Positions 40,019 through 52,552 of a DNA stretch of 64,000 bases are shown here, in pieces (the first letter of the stretch is position 1; each line of letters begins with the position of its first letter). The DNA comes from the human T2T-CHM13v2.0 reference genome, Homo sapiens. Made by a program: the position numbers and the translations under genes. The stretch lies in the NCBI RefSeq assembly GCF_009914755.1, contig NC_060928.1; one strand, written 5' to 3'. A model generated the notes under the pieces. That model saw nothing but the letters and a program-made list of their open reading frames with translations, ran no database searches and was not told the origin of the DNA.

Positions 40019-42301
40019 TGATATGGTTTGGCTCTGTGTCCCCACCCAAATCTTATCTTGAATTGTACTCCCATAATTCCCATGTGTTGTGGGAGGGACC
40101 CAGTTGGAGATAATTTGAATCATGGGGATAGTTCCCCCATACTGTTCTCATGGTAGTGAATAAGTCTTATGAGATCTGATGGTTTTAACAGGGGTTTCTG
40201 CTTTTGCATCTTCCTGATTTTCTCCTGCCACCACCATGTAAAAAGTGCCTTTTGCCTCCCATCATGATTCTGAGTCCTCCCCAGTCATGTGGAACTACAA
40301 GTCCAATTAAACCTCTTTTTTCTTCCCAGTCTCATGTGCGTCTTTATCAGCAACATGAAAACAGACTAATATAGTAAATTGGTACCAGGAGTGGGGGTGT
40401 TGCAGAAAAGATACCTGAAAATGTGGAAGCAACTTTGGAACTGGGTAACAGGCAGAGGTTGGGACAGTTTGGAGGGCTCAGAAGAACACAGGAAAATGTG
40501 GAAAAGTTTGTAACTTTCTAGAGACTTGTTGAATGGCTTTGACCAAAAGCCTGATAGCAATATGGAAAATAAGGTCCAGGCTGAGGTGGTCTCAGATGGA
40601 GATGAGGCACTTGTTGGTAACTGGAGCAAAGGTGACTCTTGCTATGTTTTAGCAAATAGACTGGCAGCATTTTGCCCCTGATGTAGAGATTTGTGGAAAT
40701 TTGAACTTGAGAGAGATGATTTAGAGTATCTGGTGGAAGAAATTTCTAAACAGCAAGGCATTCAAGAGGTGACTTGGGTGCTGTTAAAAGCATTCAACTT
40801 TTTAAGGGAAGCAGAGCATAAAAGTTTAGAAAATTTGCAGCCTGAAAATATGATAGAAAAGAAAAACCGATTTTCTGAGAAGAAATTCAAGCCAGCTGCA
40901 GAAATTTGCATAAGTAATGAGGAGCCAAATGTTAATCCCCTAGACAATGGGAAAAATGTCTCCAGGGCATGTCAGAGGTCTTCATGGCAGCCCTTCCCAT
41001 GACAGGCCAGGACATCTATGAGAAAATGGTTTCATGGGCCTGGCCCAGGGTCCCCATGCTGTGTGCACCTAGGGACTTGGTGCCCTATGTCCCACCCACT
41101 CCAGCTATGGCTGAAAGGGGTCAACATGGAGCTCGGGCCGTGGTTTCAAAGGGTGCAAGCCCCAAGGTTTGAGAGCTTCCACATGGTGTTCAATCTGCAA
41201 GTCCACAGAAGTCAAGAAGCAGGGTTTAGGAACCTCCTCCTAGATTTCAGAAGATGTATGAACATGCCCGGATGCTCAGGCAGAAGTTTGCTGCAGGGGT
41301 AGGGTCCTAATGGAGAACCTCTGCTAGGGCAGTGCAGATGGGAAATGTGGGGTCAGAGCCCCCACACAGAGTCCCTACTGGGGCACTACCTAGGAGAGCT
41401 GTGAGAAGAGGGCCACCATCTTCCAGACCCCAGAATGGTAGATCCACTGACAGCTTGTACTGTTTGCCTGGAAAAGCCACAGACTCTCATGCCAGCCTAT
41501 GAAAGCAGCTGGAAGGGAGACTGTATCCTGCAAAGCCCCGGGGGCAGAGCTGCCCAAGACCATGGGAACCCACCTCTTGCATCAGCATGACCTGGATGTA
41601 AGACCTGGAGTCAAAGGAGATCATTTTGGAGCTTTAAAATTTGTCTGCCCCACTGGACTTTGGACTCAAATGGGCCCTGTAACCACTTGGTTTTGGCCAG
41701 TTTCTTCCATTTGGAATGGCTGTATTTATACAAATCCTTTATCTCCATTGTATCTAGGAAGTAACTAGCTTGCTTTTGATTTTACAGGCTCATAGGTGGA
41801 AGGGACTTGCCTTGTCTCAGATGAGACTTTGGACTATGAACTTTTGGATTAATGCTGAAATGAGTTAAGACTTTGAGGGACTGTTGGGAAGGCATAATTG
41901 GTTTTGAAATGTGAGGACATGAGATTTGGAGGGGCCAGGGGCAGAATTATATGGTTTGGCTCTGTGTTGCCACCAAAATCTCATCTTGATTTGTACTCCC
42001 TTAATTCCCATGTGTTGTGGGAGGGACCCAGTGGGAGAGAATTTGAAGCATGGGGGTGGTTTCCCCCATACTGTTCTCATGGTAGTGAATAAGTCTCATG
42101 AGATCTGATGGTTTTATCAGGGGTTTCCGCTTTTGTATCTTCCTCATTTTCTCTTGCCACCACCATGTAAGAAGTGGCTTTCACCTCCTGCTATGATTCT
42201 GAGGCCTCCCCAGCCATGTGGAACTGTAAGTCCAATTAAACCTCTTTTTCTTCCCAGTCTCGGGTACATCTTTATCAGCAGTGTGAAAATGGACTAATAC
42301 A
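40019..42301 (+). mobile_element. Complete THE1A MaLR provirus (5'LTR 40019-40373, internal 40374-41946, 3'LTR 41947-42301)
   Basis: Two 355-bp LTRs (tgatatggtttggctctgtgt...actaataca); ~1.57-kb internal region starting gtaaattggtacc; polypurine tract before the 3'LTR; perfect 5-bp TSD cctat. Confidence 0.95.
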
Positions 42302-42309
42302 CCTATGCT

Positions 42310-42597
42310 CAGTACTCTTAAATTACAGCCTCCCTTCCCCACATTCATCACCACTATCCCCTGACATCTCATGACTCCCTCTCTTACCTTGCATTGCATT
42401 TTCCAGTAGCACTAATCATGACATGATATACAATGTAATTTGCTTTTTCTTGGTAAATTTTGTTTTGACTTTATGTTTAAACTAGAATTAATGCTACACG
42501 AGGACCTAGAATTTTGTTCACTGTTGTATCCCAAGTATGGCAAACAATGCCTGGGTCATAGCAGGTATTTACTGTATTCATGATTATTGAGTGAACG
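42310..42597 (+). mobile_element. L2 3' end (continues the L2 at ~39700-40010 split by THE1A)
   Basis: ttttgttcactgttgtatcccaag...caatgcctgggtcatagcagg...ttattgagtgaa. Confidence 0.7.
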
Positions 42598-42864
42598 GAG
42601 ACACTTTGGCTGGAAGTCTATTAACTCAGTAAAAGCACATGGGTTATTTCTTGAAAGAAATTCCTATTGGAAATTCTAAATACAAAAATGGGGAAACAAA
42701 GTATTTCTTAATAAATATAGTTTGCTTAACATGAACACAAAAGATTGCTAGACACAATCTTTCAAAGGAATATAGGTGAATATTAGTGAAGTCATAGACT
42801 CTTGATGGTGAATGTTGTAAACGAAAATATCTTCTAAGAGTCCACTAGATAACTAAAATTTCTT

Positions 42865-43194
<330 letters not shown>

Positions 43195-44879
43195 TAAAAG
43201 TGTGTGAATGTGAGTTGTGGGGACTGTCAAGGGGAAGTCAGAATTGTGCTTTCTGAGCAGAGACCATCATATTGAACCCAGTGTCATAGTAGGTACTCAG
43301 TAAATCTTTATGGATCTGTTTTGAAATGAGTTTAGATAAAAATACTGTCTCATTTTTTTAAGCAAGACTGGGAACTTAAGGAGAAATATTTTTATTATTT
43401 TATTAAGTGAAATAAACCAAGGAGACACAATATTTTATGCCCTGATTATCTCTCTTCATCAACTTGCCCTTTGTTACCATGGGGAAACTAGAGGCAATAA
43501 TTAAAGAATTAAACCTCCTTTATTCACTTATGCAGTGCACACTATCACATGCCATTTGATGTTTATTTTCCCGATGAAGGGAGTTTAACTTATTTATTTT
43601 TCTTCTCTTGGGGCCTAGTTGTCTGACCCACGGAAGCCTCCAGGTTTGGCTGGAAATGGCCTCCATTTTCACTCTCCTATGGACTCACTCACCTATGGGC
43701 AGGTAAAGAAATGTGCCGGGTGATTTAATGAAATCAAATCTTCATCCACCTTGGCTAGCAATAGATGGAGAAGCTCCCCATGGTTAGCAGGGAGTTCTTT
43801 CTTATCCCTGAGACACACTTTCTCTTTGCATCCAACAAAGCTGGTTCCAGAGACTGCAGATCTTATTTTCACACAAGTGTCCAAGGTGAACCTAAATCCA
43901 CTCCTTTATTCCCCATGGTACAACCAAGGCATGAAAGAATGATTAACAGGGCTCCCAGATAACAGAAGCGAATTAACTCTAGAGGGTACCACTTGACATT
44001 TTATTGTATGGGATACCTGCTACCTAACAGTAGTCTCAATTTTCCTACAACCTATCTCCCTACCCTGCCCTAAGTCTAAAAGCTATCTTGAGTCAAGGGC
44101 CAGTTTTCTGCCACCTTCTTTTTCAATATGTTCAGATGCATTAAAATCTTAACTAAAGAGAGTGGGCTCAGAGAATGATGACCATTCCTTGGTCCTGCCC
44201 ATCTAATCCTTGCCTTACAAGGCTGGGTTTTCTATAACAGAACCTGCCTCTTCCTTGATGTCTAAAACTGGGAAAAGTCAGACCCTTTAGAATGGACAAA
44301 GTTTTTCTTCTCCCAAGGATGTAAACTTAGTTTACAGCTCTGACTAGCAAGCCCTCCTGAGCAGAGTGTGACACACTCCCACCCTCATACGATACCTCTC
44401 TGTGCCTCAATTTCTCATAAGCAAAATGAAGATATACTGGTACCTCTTCGGTTTTAAGTACTAAATATAAATGACTTTTAAAAAGTACCAAGCACATAGT
44501 AAATGCCATTTAAATTCTAACTGCCATTGTATCTTTAGGCTCAAACACAAGTAACCCTAATATAAGCTGGGGCTTTATATGAGGCAGTATTTTGGGGGAG
44601 TTATATTCAAAGCAGCACAGACTGACAACCCAAACATAGCTTAAGATAACTCAGATTTTTACTCTTGATCTTGAGAAGCATCCAGGAAGAGGAAATTTGT
44701 TATAATCACAAGAAGAGAACCTATGATTGCCAAATGTGTTCTGGGTCTGATCATGGGGTATTGGATACATGGCAGCAAGTCCAGGGCTGAACTGAAGGTG
44801 TGTGTACTGGTAGAGAACATAGAAAGCAGGTGCAGTGACAGAATGGACAATACATCTTGTAGTAAAGTGAAAACAGTAG

Positions 44880-45140
44880 TAATAGCTAACATTCATTCAA
44901 TGATCACTAAGTTCTAGGCACTGCACTAAGATATTTATATACACTGATCTCATTTAATATTCACAACATTACAGTGAGGTAGGCATTATTAATACCTCTA
45001 TACTTCTACTGTGCCTGTTTTATAAGTAAGGAAGCTGAAGATCAGAGAGGTTAACTTACTAAACTGAGGCCACACAGCTTCTAAGTGGCATGGCTGGAAA
45101 CTTCCAATAAAAATATATCTGTCTGATTCAAGAACCCAAT
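44880..45140 (-). mobile_element. MIR
   Basis: ctaggcactgcactaag...atctcatttaatattcacaac...gaggtagg...aggaagctgaagatcagagaggttaa. Confidence 0.8.
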
Positions 45141-45242
45141 CATCCTATTAAGAGTCAGGCATTGTAAAATGAATTAGATGCCAAACTCAAAGAGCTGAAG
45201 CTGACAGGTGGTTAGAAATGGGAAGTATTAGTCCAAGTGGAG

Positions 45243-45614
45243 CACTATAGTTTAAATATGTTTCCCAAATTTCTTGTGTTGGAAACTCAATTCCCAAATC
45301 CGTATGTCAGTTGGAGATGGGGTCTTTGCAAGGTAATTAGGATTAGATAAAGTTGTCAGGGTGGAGCCTCCACTATGAGAACAACAGCTTCATAAGAGAG
45401 GGAGAGAGACCTGAGCTGGCATGTGTGCTCTTGCCCTCTCGCCATGTGATACCCTCTGCCATGTTATGACACAGCAAGAAGGCTCTCACCAGATGCCAGC
45501 ATCATGCTCTTGGAACTCCCAGCCTCCAGAACTGTGAGATGAATAAAATTCCTTTCTTTATAAGTTACCTAATCTGTGATATTCTGTTACAGCAACAGAA
45601 AATGGGCTAAGACA
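45243..45614 (+). mobile_element. MSTD-like MaLR solo LTR
   Basis: tgtgttggaaactcaattccc...gagagacctgagctggca...caccagatgccagc...ccagcctccagaactgtgag...aaatgggctaagaca; perfect 5-bp TSD tggag. Confidence 0.88.
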
Positions 45615-46959
45615 TGGAGCAAGGGGCAGAACGACTCTTGAAGATGCTGAGCAACTTCTGGTATGTTTGCTTATTTTATACACACTTTGCCATTCTCTTG
45701 GGATATGAATTTTTATGCTTAAAGCAACAATACTACATGCAATGCTGGGGAAAATATCTTGTAAGTTATGGTGCATGTCTTGTTTGTTTCATCCTTCATT
45801 CTACAATGAATACAGAATGTGCTACCACTGAATCATGTACTGTGACTACAGATTTAAAGAAACTCTGTTACCAAGGACCTGAGTCCAGGGGAGGAAAACA
45901 ACATTTATTATACAATGAAATGAGAGATAAAACATAGTTCACGATGAGAAGGAAGCCTTGGTCTGCCTCTGGGAGTGAGGCAGGCTTCCTGGAGGAGGTA
46001 ACCCTTGAGGACAGCTCTGGAAAAAGGAGCAGGAATTTGTCAAGTGCATAAGGGATGTGGAGGAAGGCATTCCAGGCACAGAAAATTGCCCTTCCTGTCT
46101 GAATTCCACATCGTTCTTGCCTGTGTTAAAATGCTCAGGTATTTGCTAAACATGCTTCTTACCAGAGGCAATGCTGCTTTTTTAAAGGACATAATTAATT
46201 AGGTCTCAGGATATTGGTAATCAGGAAGAGTGTAGCATTGATGATATTTTCCTCAGACTTCCAGCACGCATGCTAGCTACGTGCCCCTCCCTCACTGGCT
46301 TCAGCCTGTGCCCAGAGGCAGTTTGACCCTCACATTTTCCTGTCTTGCTTTTGGCCTTGAGAATCCAGGTGTCAGTAGGTGCCTTTGCCTCTGTTTGATG
46401 GAGCTGTGTTTTGCCTCCTTTCCAGTTGGTGCCCTCCTTGGCTCTGGCAGGTGTCCAAGCCCTGTTGTTCTCCCTGCACGGGGCGGCTAAGCAATGCTTT
46501 GTAAATTATGCACCAGTCCCACAATGTTTGGGGAGCCTGTGGAACCCTTTTGTCTACATGGAGGTAAATTATTTAGCAAAGGCAATTTAAATGATTCAGA
46601 GGGGATGGCGTGAAGTCTGGCTGTGGAACAGCTTGTCTGTGGAAATGTAACTGACCCTGGCGTGCGGAGGACTCAGCTCCAAAGCAGAGCCGAGCACATT
46701 TTACCTGCTCCCTAGATCCTGTAGGTTCCATGCCCTGCCTGTCTCCAGACACTGTCCCACGTTAATAATCATTATAATTTAAAAGTCTATGATCTCATTT
46801 GGTGCTTGTTTCGCGTCTGCAGCAGGGAGGTTTATAATAGTGTGGTCTGGGGAAGCAAGCTGGGTCTGGACAGGTTTTGTTATGAGTCCTGCTTTTCTAA
46901 CCTGCGAGACCTCAGTTTCCTCTTCTGTAAATTAGGGATAATAAAAGCAACTTTTAATT

Positions 46960-48095
46960 GTTAACATCTCCATTTGACTATCTAATCTAAGGAATCTGGC
47001 CAAGACAAGCTCCTTAATATTCTGCCCCATGCTGTCCACAAACCTGCCCTAGGAATAGTGTCTCCATCTCAGTAAATGAGAACTTTTTACTCAGTTACTC
47101 AGGACCCAGCCCTGCACATCATATTTGATTCGCTTCTCTCCTGCAGCCTCCACAGTGAATCTCTTCACTGGTCCTGTCTGCCCTACTCCCAAACACATAG
47201 CCCGTGGGATCCTTCTCACCAGGTCTTCTGCAGCTCTCCAGCTGAAGCCTCTGTCAGTTCAGCTGTGCTGTTGAAAAGCCCCTTACTCATTCTCCTGCAG
47301 CTGCCTTTACTTCTCCAACCCTGTCTCATCCCCACCAAGCAATCAAGACTTTCTTTAAAAAATAAACAATAATAAATAAATTGGACGATATTCTTCCCTT
47401 CTTAACCCTCTGATGGCTGCTACTTACTCTTAAAATAGAATCCATGGCCTCTTTTAAAAAAAAATCACCTATGGGCCTTACATGACTGGGCTCCAGCACA
47501 CCTCTCTCCACTTAACATTAACCCCACTGGCCTTGGGATTCTAGAACATCCCAAACATGTTCCCACATGAGGGCCTTTGCTCTCGTTGGCCCCTGAGGCT
47601 GGACTGGTCCTCCCCTGGCTTGGCTAGTTCCATTTCAATGTCCAGGCATCTGGGGAAATGTTACATCCTCACGGGACTTCCCTGACAATCTTGAAGAGTC
47701 ACCTTCCTGTCACACTGTAGTGGTTTTATTTCCTTCATGCCACTTATCCCTACATTCAGTTCTGATATTGAGCTTCATGGTTTGTGCACCATCCCCTCCA
47801 CTGGAAGACAGCTCCTTGCAGGATGGGCTTTTTTCAGTGTTATTCACCATGGTAGCCCCAGGTAGGGTCATTAGATAAAATACAGGACAACCAGTTAAAC
47901 TTGAATTTCAGATAAACAACAATTATCTTTTTAATAAAAAAATATTGCACAGGGCATACTTATGCTAAAAAAAAAAAGATTTGTTGTCCCTGTATTTTTA
48001 CTTACTAAATATGGCAACCCTAGTCCCTTCAGAACTGTCATCTCTGTTGAGGCTTTATAAATACTTGTTGAAAGAAAGAAAGAAATAGTGAGTGA
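46960..48095 (+). mobile_element. L2 fragment, interrupted by MER53
   Basis: ctccatctcagtaaatg; tactcttaaaatagaatcc; gttcccacatgagggcctttgc; tgttattcacc...aaatacttgttgaa. Confidence 0.7.
47863..48022. mobile_element. MER53 palindromic hAT MITE (internally deleted)
   Basis: tagggtcattagataaaatacaggacaaccagttaaacttgaatttcagataaacaac ... cctgtattttt...ctaaatatggcaacccta inverted termini. Confidence 0.85.
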
Positions 48096-48309
48096 GCAAT
48101 GAGAGGTGATCATCACATAAAATCTGCAGACTGAATTGCCTTTATCTTTTTGCCTTCATATTCCTAGTGTCTTGTCAATGCTTGACATATGATCTTTTTC
48201 CCCTTCCTGTTATATTGTTAGTTTCATTTTGCAGTTGGATAAATAGGGTTAGAGAATAGGAGGCTTTTCCAGAGTTAAGCAGCTAGAGATAACATCATAA
48301 ATATAGAAG

Positions 48310-48785
48310 AAAGTGGCTTCTGAAAGGTGTGTTAAATGTGTAAAAGCTTACTTCCCTTCTCCCATAAAAGAAGTTGGCGTAAAGGCAGTCTAGGCTTGGC
48401 ATGGTGTTTCCGAGACCATGCTTCAATCTTTCTCCTCCAGAATCATCAGACCAGTTTCTAACCTCAAGTTTACTGCATGGTCCTACGATGTCTGCTGGAA
48501 AGCCTGTCATCACATTCACATTCCAGGCAGACAGCAGGCGCAAGTGGATGAGGACAAAGATCATTTATTCCCTCCCCTTTAAGACCCTCCTGAAAGTCAG
48601 TCACACATGACTTTTCCCACTTCATTGGCCAAAACTTTATCTCTTGACCACTCCTGGCTATAAAGCAGCTGGCAATGCCATCATTTCAGGGGTTTATATG
48701 TGCTGTTCTAAATACTGGGGTCTGTTCTTACGAGCAGAAAAGAATGAGAGAATGGATATTGGGAAGCAAGAGCAGCCTCTGCTCC
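48310..48785 (-). mobile_element. Old MaLR LTR (MLT1J-like)
   Basis: tcacattcacattccaggcag...tcattggccaaaact...gagaatggatattgggaagca. Confidence 0.65.
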
Positions 48786-49159
48786 AGCTAGAGAGGGGCA
48801 GAAAGACCCTGGTGTATCCTCAGACTGCTGTACCCTATGCCTGCTCACAGGACAGACAAGAGCCTTTTAAGGGTGAAGACAGGACTAGACCCCAGCCTCC
48901 TGGTCACATGACTCAGAGATCTCCCATATCCTTTTACCTTCTGTTGCATGGAGTGGAATGGGTCGGAGTTTGAGATGTGGATCTTTGTGTTAGTCTGAGA
49001 CTTTTTCTGTGTGGGAGAGATTGTATCCTACACACAGTCTAGAAGACATTGGGGAGGCCCTGAAGCAATTACTATTGCTAGAAATAAAGTGTAGAGACAG
49101 AAGTGGGGATGGGATGGTACTAGAGAGTTAGGCACAAGTCGAGTGATGAGAGGTTGAGT

Positions 49160-49960
49160 CTGGTCTGCACAGGATCCTAATAGATCTTAACAGGCTGCAG
49201 CAATGGTCTAAGCATAATGAGGCAAAACTGAAACTGAACAGGAACAGAACATGTTACACCCGAGTCCAAAAGAAAACTAACAAGATGCACTGATGTGACT
49301 TAGTATCTTCAGGATAAAAATGACAGAAGCACTTCAGTAATATCAGCCATAATGTGTAAGGGAGTTATTTTGATCTCAGCCTGCAGGAGCAGAGAATTTC
49401 AACGAGGTGAGAGGCATGCTTTGCCATGCACAGGCTAGACCACACTTGTCATGCTGCATGTAGTTCTGAAAAGGACAGACCAAAGTTTTAAAAGGAGAGA
49501 AGCCAGGATGGGATTGAAGAATCCTCAGGTTGTATATTTAACATTTTTATCAGTCACTTAGGTCACGCCTGCTTACCAAATTTGTGGATTACTCTAATCT
49601 GACAGAGGTGGTAGATACAGTGACAGGCAGAATCAGTCAAATAGAACAATGAGCCAATGCCAGGCTATGAAATTGAAAACAGATCAAGGTATCTCACCCC
49701 CAAAAATGATAAGTATGTGAAGTAATGCATATGTTAATTAGCACTATTTAGCCATTTCAGAAAGCCTGCTTATTTCAAACAACATGCTGTACACAATAAA
49801 TATATATAAGATCTGTGTCAACTAAAGAATTAAAATTAAAATTAAAAGTCAAAGAAAAAAAAAGAAAAAAGTTTGGAAGAGCAATCCATTGTTCAAGAAA
49901 GGGATGAGAGAGACCTGGTACAATGGCTGTTCTAACAAATCAGCACTTTAGTGGGCAGCA
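49160..49960 (+). mobile_element. L3/CR1 LINE RT-region fragments, interrupted by an L1 3' end
   Basis: tatttaacatttttatcagtcactta...ccaaatttgtggattactctaatct resembles CR1 RT FNIFI..L..KFADDTKL codons; gatcttaacaggctgcagcaatgg. Confidence 0.5.
49690..49870 (+). mobile_element. L1MA-type extreme 3' end
   Basis: aaaaatgataagtatgtgaagtaatgcatatgttaattagc...catgctgtacacaataaatatata followed by A-rich tail. Confidence 0.8.
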
Positions 49961-50972
49961 GGGCTCATCAAAGTACCAGTGTGTCTGTGTGTGTCCCAGG
50001 CTGGTGGATGGTGGGCTTCCAAGGAGCCTCCAGGCAGCACTGATATTCATGACTTCACCCAAGCCAGGATTTTGACCTTGGCTTTGTGGGTTTAGATTTT
50101 CAAAGTGTTTGAGTTTCCTGGACTTGGGGAGGCTGACTCTCACTAACAATGCTTTTAGGAGACTGCAGATGCCGAAAGTATTGATTTTCAGCATGAATTC
50201 TACTTGTTAGGTACCTTAAACCTGATCAGCATATATATGGTTCTTCTTCCATGTAAGAAAACCACATGAGGAACCAAATAATACCTCTAAGGAGTTTTGA
50301 GGAGGATGGAACTGAAAAGAGGGATGTGAGTAGTGTGACTCGAATGCTGTTAGAAGAGTCTGATGTGTCCTTCTTCCTCAGGTGAAAGTTCTCAGACTGA
50401 AAACATCTAGATAACCTCTAGCTATGCTAAGCCACAGGCACTTTTATAGGCCTAGAACCTATTTCGTGTCTTTAAGGTGACTTGACAGAGTGTGGTTTTG
50501 TCCTCTTATTTTTTGACATATTCTGCAACTCAGGAAACAGTCTTGTTTCCCTTTCTCTATAGCACTCGAGGTGCATCAGTCTGCTCCTCCCTTTGCCTCA
50601 AGGTCCCACAGTGGCAAGGGGAGAGGAGACCAGTCTGGGGGGTCTGCTTATTAAGCCTTCATTGCTGTCTACCCCAAGAAAACTCAGAGTCACTGTCTCC
50701 TAGGCACTTCTCAGGTAGAAAGAAATCTTTCCTTACCCTCCAAATCTGCTATCCTTCAGGGATGGATTCTCGGGTACCTTCGACCAGCTCCCTGCTCTGT
50801 TCCAGCTTCCTGGGCATAAAGGCAAATAATCCCAACGTGTTTGGCTTTGACTTTTTCTCATGGCCTCCTTTCCCAGTGGGTGGCCATATATATTCATTCA
50901 CATGTCCAAGGGGATTCCTCCTTCCATCCCCCGTTTATTGATGTTCTTGTCACATCTCCCTTAGGAGCTTGT

Positions 50973-51452
50973 TGTGTCAGTCAAGGTCCCAGCAAGAAAC
51001 AGATGGCACACTTACACTTGGATAATGTGAAATGAATTTAATAAAGGACTACTTACAAAGCTGGGAGCAGGGCTTAGGGAAACCACGAAGAATAGTCAAA
51101 TGCCAGAGGACTATGAAATCTAGGTGCTATTGTAGGCCTGAAAGAGTGGAGAGAGGGGAAAGAGAGCCAGAAGACTGCGGGGGCTATGCGGAAGAAACAT
51201 AGGATTCCTGGCTTTCAACAGAACTGGCCCATGGAAACCCCACGGCAATAGTAATAAATGCCACACCCTCACTCACTTCTCTCCTTCCAATCTCCTGCTG
51301 ATGCACAACACTGGCCATGTGCAGTTGGTAGTCAGTGGTCAAGGGAGCCCAAGAGTGTGGTTCAGGTTCAGCTTCCCCAGGGAATAGCAGGGTGGACAAA
51401 GATAGAGAGTGGATTTGGATAGGCAAATAGAATAATCCAGTAAAAACACTGA
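50973..51452 (-). mobile_element. LTR33-like ERVL LTR
   Basis: tgtgtcagtcaaggtcccagcaagaaacagatggcacac...tttaataaaggact, reverse of the LTR33 3' end. Confidence 0.75.
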
Positions 51453-52019
51453 AGGCTAGACTTTGTTGTTAATACCTGTATTTTTTGGTTTCCCATCCCA
51501 CACATAGTAGGTTTGCAGCAGTTGACTTGGCCATGGATTTCTTTGGGTAAGGAGATGATCTTTGATCCCTGTATTCCAGGGCCTATCCCAGTACCCCCAA
51601 AAGATGCTCCATAAATGTTTATGAAATGACTAGTGAATGAATGAATGAATAAATGAAGTGAGCTCAGTGGGAATTTTCCCTTAATTTTGCTCACTGTTTC
51701 ACTCCTTGGAAGTAGCCACTTCTCTGCTTCACTTGTAGGCCAGTTCCAGTTATTAAATTTCTAAATTATCCTTCTGCCTATGGGGCTGACTCTCTAATGA
51801 GGTCTTGTAAGTCTTTGCTTCCATCCTCGGAGTCCAGACAAGGAGCTCTTGCCTCAGGCACAGCCTCTGTTCTCTGGGATGTCTCACCTTTTTAGCAGGG
51901 AAGCGTTCTGTGCCAGATGCTTAACTTGTGTCCTCCTACCAGGGAGATTCCATGAGGAACCTTCTCTGTTCACTTTAGGCAGATTGGATTGGCTTCTCCT
52001 TGCTGTACTTCTAGCTAGA

Positions 52020-52550
52020 TTAACTGTTAAACAAATATCTATTACTTATCTGTCATATTCTAGGCACTGTGCTAGGACATGAGAATGTTCAAGTGGGTAA
52101 GATACAGTTTGACATAAGGGACAAAGTGCTGCAGTCCAGAAGGAGAGAAGACAAATAATAAATAATTATTTTACAGGGTAATACATGCTATGTTATTATG
52201 TTATTATTCTATAATAATTATGGGAGCACAATGGGTGAGGAGGGCACTGTGGGAGCCTGGGTGAGGAGCGCCAACCCACCCGGAGGCGCAAGGAAAGCTT
52301 TCTGGAGGAGTTAACACCTGATCTTGTAGGATGGGAAAGAGCAAGATATTAAAGATAAGTGATTCCAAGTCAAGTGGTGAGCAAGATCAAAATGACAGAC
52401 ACTTGACATAGCATGATGTGTGCAAGGAAACATGAACTAATCTGTATTATTAGTGATAACAGTTGAGGAATGGGGGGTGAGAGGCAGATGGAGGGGCAGG
52501 CAGGGTTTAGGGTGTGGAAGGCATGGTAAGCTGAGCTAGGGACTTTGTAG
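52020..52550 (-). mobile_element. L2 fragment
   Basis: aacaaatatctatt...ctaggcactgtgctagg...aggaaagctttctggaggag. Confidence 0.65.
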
Positions 52551-52552
52551 GA

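Noticed and set aside
43687-43884. Consensus minus-strand splice donor (AG|GTGAGT at 43693) next to a 63-aa ORF
   Set aside because: I found no matching acceptor or promoter, the ORF stops just before the donor, and an 8-mer match is expected by chance in 64 kb.
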